From: Epiperipatus broadwayi | Taxonomy: Eukaryota > Animalia > Onychophora | Direction: 5' to 3' | DNA: 64,000 bases | Assembly (NCBI GenBank): GCA_028023455.1 | Contig: JAQFVV010000004.1 | Span: 19,964,001-20,028,000 of the forward strand | In this document: piece after piece, positions 28,365 to 41,222 of the stretch | How positions within the stretch are numbered: the first letter of the stretch is position 1 | Layout of the letters: each line of letters begins with the position of its first letter | Position numbers and translations under genes: made by a program | The notes under the pieces: model-generated | Databases searched by the model: none | What the model was told of the DNA's origin: nothing | What the model saw: the letters and a program-made list of their open reading frames with translations, nothing else

Positions 28365-29172
28365 GATACAAAGAAATTTAAATAAGCCTCTTTTAACAGG
28401 TAAATATAACCTATTCTGAATGCAGTTTAATAAATAGTCAATTATAACATTACAAACTGCAATTATAATTTTTAAATTGCACCCAAAGTATTATTTAAAT
28501 AATTACATTTTCTATTACAAGATATTCCATATTCTTTTAAATTCATATAAATAGAGATACAATAAAAGACAAATGACCCCCAAGATGCATTTCATGCTGA
28601 ACCAGCACTCATCAGTTGTCCAGGTCACTATCACTCATATATATATATATATATCATATCTTTATTATATGAAAAATATTTATCTGTATTAAATAATTAC
28701 ATTTTGAATTACAAGTATCAAATTAACTCAACACACATCTTTGATACTATCCAGTTTAGATAAATATAGTAACGACTCTTATTAATCATTAACTAAACTA
28801 GAGATTATCTCTAGCACAGATATAAACTTTAAAATTCAATTAAAGATTGATATATCTGATTTTTAATAATTAAATATGTGTACTAATGCTCAAGGCTAAA
28901 AAGGTTTGTAAGTAATCATTAAAAGCCAGTCAACATTAGACAATCCCAGTATCAGTAACAATAAACAATTTCAAACTGTTGTCATGGCAACCTCCTTTTA
29001 ACAATAAAGGTGGAATCCCACCTTTATTAATAGTCTAATATACTTATGTAGACTCTAAAGGTTGCAACTTGACCACTGAGATTGAAATTATTGATAAAAA
29101 GAAGTTTAAATAAACCTCTTAAAACAGGTAAATATAAACTATTCCGAATGCAGACTAATAAATAGTCAATTA
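28365..29172 (+). repeat. Dispersed ~80-bp direct repeat pair
   Basis: ttgata.aaagaa.tttaaataa.cctctt..aacaggtaaatataa...gaatgcag..taataaatagtcaattat occurs at ~28365-28445 and ~29092-29172. Confidence 0.75.
28574..28627 (-). ncRNA. Minimal type-I hammerhead ribozyme, intact core
   Basis: Minus strand: TGACC TGGA CAA CTGATGA GTGCTG GTT CAGCAT GAAA TGCA TC/TTG GG GGTCA. Stem II is 6 bp, stem III is the palindrome ATGCAT, stem I is bipartite. Predicted cut between 28584 and 28583. Activity not tested. Confidence 0.8.
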
Positions 29173-29379
29173 TCCCACTTGCACTAATCTGTAGAATTTT
29201 TTTAATTTCATTTTATGGTTGTCAATATTAAATAAACAAAAAATAACCTTATGTTTCATTTGTTAATTGTATTAAGATTGAAAATTAACAGTTTACTATT
29301 TGTTGATTATAACATGTTTTTAATCTGAGCAAGGCAAGCCACATTAAACCATCTCATGGGCCATACATATGACCCACAG

Positions 29380-30180
29380 TTTTCCAACTCCTATTATATA
29401 TAGAAGATATGTTGATGATGTATTTGTATATGGTCCAAAAACATGAATAGAAAATATGTTAAGTGTGTGAATGAGAATTCAGATTTACAGTGGACAATTG
29501 AGTATAAAATGAGACATTGTTTAAAATATTTAGATGTATGTATATCTAGAAATATTAATAAATTTGATTACAAAATGATTGTAAAGCTAAATGTAAGGGG
29601 ATTTATACATCCTTATGTTATGCATTCCCTTAAAGTATAAGTTTTCAGAATTTTTTAATAATTTTTATCTATTTCCTATTTAGAATTACAGTTTAAAACT
29701 GACTAGTAAATTTCTTAGTTTATTGCACTAATTTTTATTTATGTAAATTAGAGGTAGATAAGCAGAATATTGAGATTTATATTAAAGTTTTAATAAACAT
29801 GGGCTGTAAGGAAATTTTATTATTAGACATTTAAAATTATTTTATTAAAAAAAGGCAAATTAAAGCTTGATGAAATTAAAATTAATAAGAAATGAATTTC
29901 TTTGGCTTATGTTCCTAATTTATATTCAAAATTAAGAAAGTTTATTTTGAAAGATTTTAATATCAGATTTCCTTTGTCTTTAAATGTATTAATAAATGAT
30001 GATAAGAATAAAATAAAGCAGGCTGATAAACATCAAATTTTATCTTCAATTGAATACGAGGGGTCTAGTTGTTCTTCCATTTTGAGAAAAATTCTGACAT
30101 GATTGTAATCTCAGAAAATTAACATTGTATATAATGAATCAAATGATACTACACTGCTAATTTTAACAACATTATAAGTC
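29380..30180 (+). mobile_element. Decayed Penelope-like RT and linker relic
   Basis: YRRYVDDVF (~29400), QWTIEYK...LKYLDVCI (ORF 29443) and LAYVPNLYSKLRK...NIRF (ORF 29902) follow the PLE RT/thumb/linker order. Confidence 0.7.
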
Positions 30181-30977
30181 AAAAATTTAATAGTGTGTAA
30201 TTGAGTATGCTCTAGAATTTTGTCATTAAACTATGTTTTTTTTTCCATAATTGTTTGCTATGGTTTTGGTATACTGTGTTGAAAGTACATTCAGCTATTA
30301 ATATTTTTTAAAAAAATAATTACTTTACCATATTGATATTCATGTCCTTTATCACACACATATATACATAAACAATGAAATTAACAACTTTTCAAATCCC
30401 ATAATTGTCTAGCAAACATAAAATAGGCATTTGTTTTTATAGAGTTGGCAAATCTGAAAAGTGATTTTATTCAGGGTGAACTTTAAAACAATCCCAGATG
30501 GAAACAGTCTTCTTTAATTCTGCTAAATTTTAAACTTCACAATATAGTCTTCATTTCTATCACTTTAGAATCTTTGTAAATTAATAATAACAATAATGAG
30601 CATGTAAAAATTAATAAATACAGCATTTCAAACTAAGGGTAAACAATGGAATAATTAACTTTCCAAACACTGTTAATTCCAACATCTAGCAAAGGTAAAG
30701 TGTGTATAGTGAATTTTTAATGGAAACTAATGAATATAAGTTTTGTAAGCTATATGAAAATACATTATAAAAGAAGGTAAAGTGTTTTTTTTTTTTATAA
30801 TTTTCTTGTCAAATGTACATCAAATTTATTTTATTGTTAATTTTTAAAAAGAATAACATATAAACTGCTCTATAATAAATAATTAAAGTATTAAAATTTG
30901 AAAGTTATTTTTAAAATTAAAACTAAGAAACAATATAATAATTCCATCATCAGCAATAATCCACTTAACATTATTCT

Positions 30978-31059
30978 GTCAAACGTTGATGGCCTAGTGG
31001 TTAGCGTAGCTGCCTTCCAAGCAGCTAGCCTGGGTTGCTTCCTGGTCAACACATTTGAC
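30978..31059 (+). mobile_element. tRNA-Gly(TCC)-derived SINE or tRNA pseudogene
   Basis: ACGTTGATGGCCTAGTGGTTAGCGTAGCTGCCTTCCAAGCAGCTAGCCTGGGTTGCTTCCTGGTCAACAC has an A box (TGGCCTAGTGG) and a TCC anticodon arm. The T-loop lacks the C of TTCG and the acceptor stem is mismatched, so it is not a functional tRNA. Confidence 0.75.
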
Positions 31060-32672
31060 ATATGAAAAAAAACATTACTCTATTCTGGAGGCATATCTGC
31101 AAGCATGAGTACTCAGAAACAAACCTGGGGATCTGGTTAATACTGCCAGCTGATATCCATTTATCACTAATATTTATATAGATGGATTTAGAATAGAATG
31201 ATATAGAATGAATTACAGCAAATAATGTAAATATTAAAAGGTAGCAGTCGTGAGATGGCTTTTTGGGTATATATTTTAATGTAGATGAGAAAGTAGTTTG
31301 ATACTTGATTTGCAATAATTTTAAATATTTTTTAAATATCATTTAAAACTTAAATAGCACTAATGATTTTAAAAAAAACTTAAACCTTAGTAAAATATAA
31401 TTTCCATATTTAGTTAAAAACTACATTTGTTAAATATAAGTTGAAGTTAAATAAATACAATTGTTTCATATAAGTTTAATTCTAGTCTATCAAACCACAA
31501 CATACTATAATTTACTATTCTTATATCTGGTACTATATGAAATGCACAATTTGTTCGATATTGAATATATATATACTTTTAATATACGATGAAAATTATA
31601 TATATTATTATTTTTGTAAATATCAAATGTAGTTTCTATATATGTATAAATTGTTATCTATAAAAAATAATCAAAATTTAAAATAAATGTAATTGTATAC
31701 TTAAGGCTATAACTAACGATAATGTAAAATTATGAATAATTAAAAGTTTAATGCAGTAATTAGAAAACATCTCTAATTAAAGGATTAAAATTGCAATTTT
31801 AAGACAACTGTAACAAAATAAGCAAACGCAAATATAAAATTCCTTTGCCAGATAACAAATTATTTAATATCCCCAATGGCGTTGTACGTTAGAAAATTAT
31901 GAATATTAAAAGACCTGTCAGAATAGACTGTCAAGGAATTCATGAAATATCATCTCAAAGAGACTGATCTCTGTAGACCAAAAAATAGATCTATGATACA
32001 AATACAGATCATGTAAATATTTTATAATTTTTGCAGATGTTTGGGTACAGAGTAATTATTATATATAATACCTTAATATATATTTATGAGTTATTAACCA
32101 TTGTATATAAGTAATTATCGAAACTCAAGATATTGTTGTATATTGATGTCTGTTCTTTTAACTACTGTATAATAAATGTTATTGTTAATTATTCTTAGTT
32201 GTTGAACTACATTTATTATATTTTCTTTTAATTTATATTCAGCTGATAGCTTGTTCAAATTAGTCTAAATCTTCTTGGAAATCCAACTTGTAATAAGCAG
32301 CTATAATAGGCATAGTCAACAGACAATCTTCTGATGGAATTATAGATTGCAAATTGATATGGTACTTCAGTCAAAACTGAGTTTGTTTTAATAATAAATT
32401 GGTGTAATCTTGGCAGAAATTTAGATTAAATAATTTTTAGATTATATTATTCACTTGAAGATGGCCAATAAAAACATAAATATGTGCATTGTGTAAACTA
32501 TAAAGTAATTATTGATAAGTTCAGAAATTATATTTTCCCCTTTCAGGCCCATATAATTTTTTCAGTTGGAGAGCTGACTTTAAAGACATGCAGATGTCTA
32601 AAAGTTTAGATCTTCTTCTTGAAAATTATCTTTTAGATAAATGCTTAGCTTGAGTTGGTTTTTGGAATCTAA

Positions 32673-32729
32673 TGTCCCAACTCCTCACTGAAGAGACCCA
32701 TAGGTCGAAACCGGTCTGGGGATGGGGAC
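32673..32729 (+). ncRNA. Minimal type-I hammerhead ribozyme, intact core
   Basis: GTCCCAACTCCTCA CTGAAGA GACC CATA GGTC GAAA CCGG TC/TGGGGATGGGGAC. Stem II is 4 bp with a tetraloop, stem III is the palindrome ACCGGT. GUC cut predicted after 32716. Confidence 0.85.
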
Positions 32730-32775
32730 AATCTAAGATAAAGATTATTTGAATGCCTTCTCTTGTAGTAGCATT

Positions 32776-33193
<418 letters not shown>

Positions 33194-34569
33194 GCTTGTT
33201 TAGAGTGTTAGCATGCTCTTAAGTTTACATATTGATGAGTATATATATATATTGTACACAAAATTATGTCATATAAGGTTACATACTTACTTTAATCAGT
33301 GTATAATATATTCATTATACAGGAAACATAGTTGCAATATTGAGGAATAGTTGCTTATTATCAGTTGGACTTCCAAGAAGAATTAACCTCTGATAAATGG
33401 GATACCAGCTGAATATGCATTTTAAGAAAATGTAACTCAATAAATGAGAACAGTTAACAATAACATTTATTAAACAGTAGTTAAGAGAACAAATATCAAT
33501 GTAAAACAACTTTATGAGATCAGACAACTATTTACATTGTAGCCAGACATGTTGAAGTTTCAAGCCAAGAAAGCACATATAATGTGCATGTATGATAATG
33601 TGTGTAATAAATTCTAATGAAGTTTACTTCTCTTTGGTTCAGTAATAAAGTGGCAGATTTTAGAGTTTAAGATACATAAATTATGACCTAAAGACTTTGT
33701 TTCTTCCTGTACTCAAATTTCATTTGATTATTTATTTATTAATTTCCCATTTCATTCTAATATTATTTGAAAATGTTATTACTATTATAATTGCTGCTAA
33801 TATTTTTACAATATCTATTAGTACTGCAATAATAATAAATGGCATTAATATTAAATAACTATAAATATTATTCTGAAAATTTATATTTCATTGTATTATA
33901 TATATGGTAAATGGGTTGTGCTATTAATTAACATATTAAATGTTAAAAAATGAAGACATTTAATTAAATAATTAAACTAAACTAATCTAACTAATAATCA
34001 GAGACTGTAACATTTGTTATAAAATATAATATTTAATAACAAAACTTATAAAACAACTTGATGTAATATTTAAAATAGCACAACTTTCTGTAAACAATTA
34101 TTAACAATGAATAATATTTCAGTAGTGTAATTTTCATTACATTACTCTCATGCAAGGTAGGAACTGTTTTTTATCCACTTTTAACATCCATTTTTACTAC
34201 ATTACTCTCAAGCAATATAGGAACTTTTTTCTACACTCTAAACACCTTGGGTATAAAAAATGAATATAAACAGTCCCTGCCTTGTGTGAGAATGATGTAG
34301 TGAAAGTTTTACTACAGAAATATTATTCATTAAATGGATAATCTCTAATCTAATGAATAATTAATAAAAATGATTAATTATCAACAATATTTTAAATTTA
34401 ATATCTGTATCTATTTTGTCCTATTTTATCACATTTTATCTGAGATTTAAAATTTAGAATAATTTCAATATTTAATATTAATTATTTAACACTAATTATT
34501 TAATTAATTATTAATTATTTAATTAATGTTAATTATTTAACATTAATATTTATCATTAATGAAGATAAT

Positions 34570-34791
34570 AAACAAGGCAAAACTCTCCATACAGTAGTGC
34601 CACCCTGTGCCAACCAGAGTAATCAATCAATGCCAGAAGGCTTGTGCATAAAATCCCTATCTAGTGCCTACTCATCCAATATCCCCAGACTAGTTTCTGG
34701 CTTGTGGCCTTCATCAGTGAGGAGAGTTTTGCCTTGTTTATTAACAATTATGTGCTAGTATAAGAGATAGTGATCATGTGATGTTTAGAGT
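34570..34791 (+). mobile_element. Family A copy in kinase intron
   Basis: Inverted segment holds a complete hammerhead motif on the minus strand (34683-34722), followed by a short direct arm and tail. 14-bp direct repeat ttaatgaagataat at 34556-34569 and 34792-34805. Confidence 0.88.
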
Positions 34792-37512
34792 TTAATGAAG
34801 ATAATGGCATATACTTTTTTCATCAAATAAATTAAGCATAAATACATAAAATTACATTTGTTATAATATTACATAATAACAATAGAATAAAACATTTTGT
34901 TATCTTAAATCTTCTCTTCTTCTCCCAGAAAGAAAAATAGCATGAAATACATTATAATTTTCCCTTCAGTTTAGAATTATTTAATACAGGAATTCAATGG
35001 TGGCCATATGATTTTATTGGTTTCAAACTTATTTGATATAGAAGGGAGTTACAATTTTTAGGAGATCAAAATAAATGAATGTAAAAATAATAAATTATTT
35101 ATTTTGATATTTATTATTTCAATATTTATTAATAAAAGCAAGATCATAATTATTGTCATTGTAATTATACTGTCCATAATTGCATTTACTTATAATCATG
35201 TAACTACAAAAAAAAAAAAAAACAAGTTTATCCAAAAATTTAATCTAAAATTTAGTGAGATATTTATTGGTACAATTTTAATAGTGGGAATGTGTAAGAT
35301 GTATTCAAAATTTTTATCAATTATTCAGGATTTATTTATTGATTTAGTAAATGTTATTTAGGAAAAAAAATAGTTCACTTCTACATATACTGTGATTTTT
35401 TTTTAAATAAAAATGAATAAATCCCATTTGATCAAAAATTGTCTTATACATATTTTTAAAATGCAAGCTGGATTATGAACTTTCAAATGTTGGAGTTGCT
35501 CATTTTTGATTTAAAACATCAAAAATTAAAAAATTATCAAATTATTTATTTTCATTATTTCTTTTTTTAACCTTAAATAATATATATCATTGTAAAGCTT
35601 CCATGTTTAATTATTTAATTTTTTTATAACATATAGAGGTGATTCCAATCAAATGAAGAATCTCTGAGTAAAATAATATTTTTTCAAATTATTGGAAAAA
35701 AAAAATACTTTTCTTAAAGAAACAAAAAGCAATTTTTCCTGTGCTCTATTTATACAATGAAGACATTCAGATGAGATTTGATAAATATTAGATTTAAATT
35801 ATCAATAAAAATCACAACTCCAAATTATTAAGGTTGTATTTTGTATGATTTAAAACAGTAATAGAATGATGGATTCTAGAACTTAAGGTCAATGGATTGT
35901 AGCTTATTTTTATCATTTCTGGTATTTAAACTCTAATGAACTCTCAAGCAATAACTCATTCATTTATATATTAAAGGTGGCAAATTTACTAAGCTTAAAG
36001 TTTTTTTCTTGAAATACACTTTATAAAAAATTATTTCTCCAAATAAACTTTTTTCTGTCATCATCCTCTTCTTTTTATTTTTAAAATATTTTCAAGCAAT
36101 GTTTTGATTAACCTTTAAATTGTCTCTTTCTAAAATCATTTTAACTATAACTTTTTATAATTTTTTGTGTGTGTGCCCAAGTATAAGATTTCTAGGAATA
36201 GCATTTTATGGGTTAATCTAAATCCACTACTAAGAGATTATGAACTGGACAAGCATTAAATTGAAAAATAATTATTACTGTTTAAATGGGAGAGAGAAGT
36301 GTAGACAACACAATCAATTAGACAAACTTTAATGGAACATATGTATAATAGTGCATTCAATTAGAAACTGACTTATATTAATGGTATTCACGGACCCACT
36401 GTTCCATGAAATAAATTCAATCCCTAACTTTAATATATTATTACAGACTATTTAATTATTACTATATAGTCTTAGTGTATTCATAAAATGGAGGAAATCT
36501 GGGGTAATTATATTAGTTACATAAAGTGCTTTCAATGCTAACATAGGGAGGAGTCTCTAGAATTGTCAGAGATAAACATCTCCTAGGCAAAAAGTATGAT
36601 TATTTAAGGTATTTTGTTCCTTGATTTTTATTGTTTTTTTTAGTCAATGATCAATTACACGATCTGACTTATTTGCCAGAATCATGCAATCACTTCTACA
36701 AAATTTATACATGTCTACCTAATAAAGGATAATCTAGCTCTGCTAATATGGAATTAACATTTCAAGTTAATTACTTACGTACTGTGTTTCAGTGTATTTT
36801 TATCTACTACATATAAGTACAACTACCACATATATGTTTATTATACACCTTCATCCATGTGATTACACCTTTGCTTATATGAATTCATTAAGCCCTATTA
36901 TACATAGATCATATCTCACATACATATGTAAATATTTCTTATGTATATACAATTGTATATTGTACAGATATTACAGAATACTTTATAAAATCTTTGCAAA
37001 TAGTGATTTGCTTAAAAACTCACCAAGTAGAGCAAGTAAATAAAGCTCTATTATGTGAATATAACAAATTGCATGATTGACATAAATTAAACATTGCTTA
37101 TTCCATATAGCATAAAATTTAACCACTTATTAAAGCAAGCTACTGTCCTATTTCTTTTCAATTTTACACTTATTCATGACAGTAATAAAATTATAAATGC
37201 TGCCCGAAACTTCCTACTTTTAGCAGAGATATCATATAAATATTTAGCTCAATTTAAATAAATATATTTCATAAAAATATATATAGTAATCAGAGCAAAC
37301 ACTTGTTTTTTTTACATCCATTTGCATTCATACAAAAGATATATATTTATTATATCATTTATTGTTTTTTTCCCCACATCGTAAGTGTTAAACAATGTTT
37401 ATACTCACAGACAAAATAATTATTATTAGATTTCTTACAACATAAAGCTTTTATTGGCTAAACCTTAATAGCTCTTTAGTATAGTAACTTACAAATAATT
37501 ATATATACTTAC

Positions 37513-37720
37513 AATTGTGGGTTACAAGCTTCAGGTACTTGTAAGGTATTCCCTGTCTTAACATAATCTAAAACTTGATTATTAGAAAGCCCTCGGTAAG
37601 GAAAACTTCCAAAGGTAACAATTTCATATACTAATACTCCATAACTCCATACATCAGAAGCTGGAGTATAGATACCTTCTTCTAGACTTTCAGGTGCCAT
37701 CCACCGAACAGGTAACATAC
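37513..37720 (-). CDS. VKR: Receptor tyrosine kinase internal exon (subdomains VIII-X), putative Venus kinase receptor
   Basis: TTTGTAG|GT ATG TTA CCT GTT CGG TGG...CCA CAA TT|GTAAGT. 208 bp, phase 1 in, phase 2 out. Encodes [70 protein letters not shown]. Confidence 0.92.
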
Positions 37721-38271
37721 CTACAAATACATTGTACATAATAAATCAATAATGGCAGTCATTAATTTTTTTAAATACAGTGGGGAAAAAATCAAAATAC
37801 AAATAAAATAATGATTGTGCAAATTTTAAAATTACTTTGCTTTAGACAATTTTGAATAGAACTAACAATATGCTACCTGCAACTGACAATTAATTCATCA
37901 TCTAGTCAAAAGTAAGAATTGAAATGTTTTAAATTCTATTATGCTTAAGTGGAAAATTCAATTACATGTTTTCATTTACTTTTTTGTATGATTATATGCT
38001 TTAGATCTAATTACGTAATAATGTTAATAAAATACAAAGTATTTTTGACTATTTCTAATATAATTGATATGTTGAAATAAATTATAATTTCCGATTAAAA
38101 ATTAAAGTTGCAAATACAGAAAATTTACCACACACATAAAACAGCACCTATTACAATAGAAAACACAATCAAGTTACAGCAGTCAGCAAATGTTGAGTAA
38201 TATTGGAATATGCTGATGACAATGATAAAGACTCAAATGATATTTTAGAGAGTGAATATTATTTTCATCCT

Positions 38272-41222
38272 TCATCATCATCATCATCATCATTATCAAC
38301 CATTATCAATCCACTGCAGGATGAAGGTCTCTCCAAGTTTAATCCATCTTCTCCGATCTTTAGCTTCTCTTCTCCACATCACCCCTACACATTTTCTTAT
38401 TTCATCCATCCATCTTACATGTGGTCTCCTTCTGGGTCTTTTACAATCTCTTGGAATCCAGTTTAAAATTTCAATTGTCCATCTATTATCATCTCTTCTA
38501 GCAATATGTCCAGCCCAACTCCACTTCAATCTTTTAATTTTTTCAATGAGGTCAGTAACACTTGTTTGTTCTCTTACCCATACATTGCGTTTTCGATCTC
38601 TTCTTGTTACTCCCAACATACACCTCTCAATACTTCTTTGAGTGGTCTGAAATCTCTGTATTGATCTTCTATTAAGTGTCCAAGTCTCAGATCCATAAGT
38701 AAGAACTGGTAAAACACATTTGTTAAAAACCTTTCTTTTCAAACACATAGGCATATTTCCTTTTAGTATCAAGTTATTTCTACCAAAAGCACTCCAACCA
38801 AGTTTAATTCTATGATTAATTTCCTCTATTATGTTTCCATCTGTATTAATAATCTGACCAAGGTATTTGTAACTCTTAACTTCTTCTAATTCATCATAAT
38901 CAATCTTTATTTTCATATTTGGAGCAAATCGATTAAACATTACTTTAGTCTTTTTAACATTTATCTTTAGTTCTACTTTCCTACTTTCATCTGATAACTC
39001 CTGCAACATTTCCTGCAGCTCGGAAGCATTATTTGCAAAAACAACTACATCATCTGCGAAATCTAAATGACTTAAATAATCTCCATTTACTTTCACTCCT
39101 TTAGTTTCCCATTTTAATCCACAAAATACTTCTTGCAGCACTGCTGTAAAAAGTTTTGGAGATATGGAGTCACCTTGTCTTACACCTTTCTCAATGTTGA
39201 CTTTCCCAGTATCATTATGTAATCTAATTGTTGCTGTTGCATTTTTATAAATATTCTTTAAAATATGACAATATCCTGGATCTATACCTTGATGATCCAA
39301 TGCTTTAATCACTGAAGAAATGTGTATAGAATCAAATGCTTTTTCATAATCTACAAATCCAAAACATAATGACAACTCATATTCATTTGTCCTTTCTATG
39401 ACTTCCCTCAATACCTGGATATGATCTATTGTACTAAAACCACTTTTAAATCCAGCTTGTTCTCTTGGTTGGTGGAAATCCAAGGTTCTCTGTAGATGAG
39501 TTGTAATTATCTTGGTAAAAATTTTATATAAAACTGATAAAAGGCTGATAGGTCTGTAATTTCTAATATCTTCTTTATCACCTTTTTTAAATATTAATAT
39601 TATTACTGCATTCTTCCAATCATCCGGTACATCTTTATCATTTAGACATTTGGTATATAACTTTGCTAATATTTTTTCTGTTTCTTCACCTGCTTCTTTT
39701 AATATATCAATTATAATTCCATCATTACCTGAAGCCTTTCCTTTTTTCATACATTTAATTGCATTTCTCACTTCTTCATTTAAAATTCTGGGCAATTCGG
39801 AAGATGTAATAGATATAGGAGGTACTTGTTCTTTATTACTATATAATTCTTGATAAAAATCTTCTACCAATTTCATAATGTCATCCCTCTTTTTAGTAAT
39901 AATTCCATATTTTTTCTTATTGCAGATATAAATTTCCTACCAATACCAAAACGTTGTTTTACATTCTTAAGACTTTTATTTTCTTCTACAGCTTTTCTTG
40001 CTAGTTCACAGTTATACTTTCTTATATCATTTTCAACTCTTTTCCGCACCATTTTATAAAATTCGAGATATTCAATTCTTTTTAATGCATCATTCTTGCA
40101 TATCTTCATATTCCTTCTTTTCTTCATAAGTTCTCTAGTCTCAGTAGAAATTTTATTAGTCAATTGCTGCTTTTTTCTACCAGCTATCTTTGTTGCAGTT
40201 TTTAAAAGTGTATCAGTTATTTTCATATTAATTTCATTCAAATCTGAATCATGTTCAAAATCTACTTATACTTGAAACCGATTTGTAAGTTCTAATTTAA
40301 ATTCATTAGAATGTTTCTGAAGATTAGGAATATCAACTGTAAATGTAATTTTTCTTAATAATTTTTGTCTCTCTAGTTTTACATTAACATGTATCTTACC
40401 CCTTACTAATCGATGATCACTTCCTGTGTTAAATTTATTAAGAACATTACAATCTTGAAATATGTATTTCCTGTTAGTCAAAATATAATCCAATTCTGCT
40501 GTACTTTCATTTGGATGCTTCCATGTCCATTTCCTTCTAACATTTTTCTCAAAAAAAGAATTCATAATATAAAGTTTTTCCTTCTCTGCAAACTCCACAA
40601 GTCTATGTCCTCTCTCATTTCTATTACCATAACCAAAATTACCTACAACACTTTCATCTTTCATTTGTTTACCAATTCTAGCATTAAAATCTCCCATAAC
40701 AATTTTAAAATGTTGTTTACTCTGATCAAAAGCCTTTTGTACATCCATATAAAAATCTTCTACTACTTCATCACTGTGAGAACTTGTTGGGGCATAAACC
40801 TGAATTATCTGCATTTGATATCAGCTATTAAGTTGTATAACTAATCTTGCCACTCTGTCTGATACACCATCAATCTCCACAATATTGTTCTTCCACTTTT
40901 TATTTATAATGAATCCTACTCCACTTGTATTTCCAATATTTGTGCCTTTATAATAGAGCATATGTCCACTTTTTAAATCAATTATCTCTTCACCTTTTCT
41001 TCTAACTTCACAAAGTCCAATAATATCCCATTTAATATAAGAGAGTTCTTCTAATTCTTGCAATCTTCCTTCACTTGAAAGTGATCTGCAGTTGTAAGTA
41101 CCTAAATGAAAAGTCATCATCAAATGGCAGCCTGGGTCCGCCTCCAGGATATTCTTAGCACCCTCCGCCTTCGGCCACCAACCGCTGCCTTGGTTGGTGA
41201 CTTTACAGCCTCCTTTACATGC
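38272..41222 (-). mobile_element. Near-full-length RTE-clade non-LTR retrotransposon in the kinase intron
   Basis: AP endonuclease motifs (TYNCRSL, LCEVRR, VYAPTS, GDFNAR, LDYIL, SDHRLV) are followed by RT motifs (NYRPISLL, QAGF, FVDYEKAFDS, GVRQGDSISPKLF, FADD, YKYLG). The 3' end is a (TGA)n tail at 38272-38292. A GC-rich 5' UTR spans about 41124-41222. Confidence 0.95.
38296..41123 (-). pseudogene. RTE APE-RT ORF broken by two in-frame stops and one frameshift
   Basis: ORF-track pieces 40821-41123, 40266-40814 and 39873-40241 share one frame (LNS*YQMQII; NRFQV*VDF). A frameshift in the A-run near 39905-39915 joins them to 38296-39876 (KKYGIITKKRDDIMKLVEDFY). Confidence 0.9.

Noticed and set aside
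38203-40844. Plus-strand ORFs including the His-rich 38252-38641
   Set aside because: They are antisense shadows of the RTE ORF and its (TGA)n tail.
41124-41222. Possible HDV-like ribozyme in the GC-rich RTE 5' UTR (hairpin CACCAACC/GGTTGGTG, GCCGAA, GCTAAG)
   Set aside because: RTE 5' UTRs can carry such ribozymes, but I could not assemble P1, P2 and P3 in the required order. The element may be 5'-truncated.
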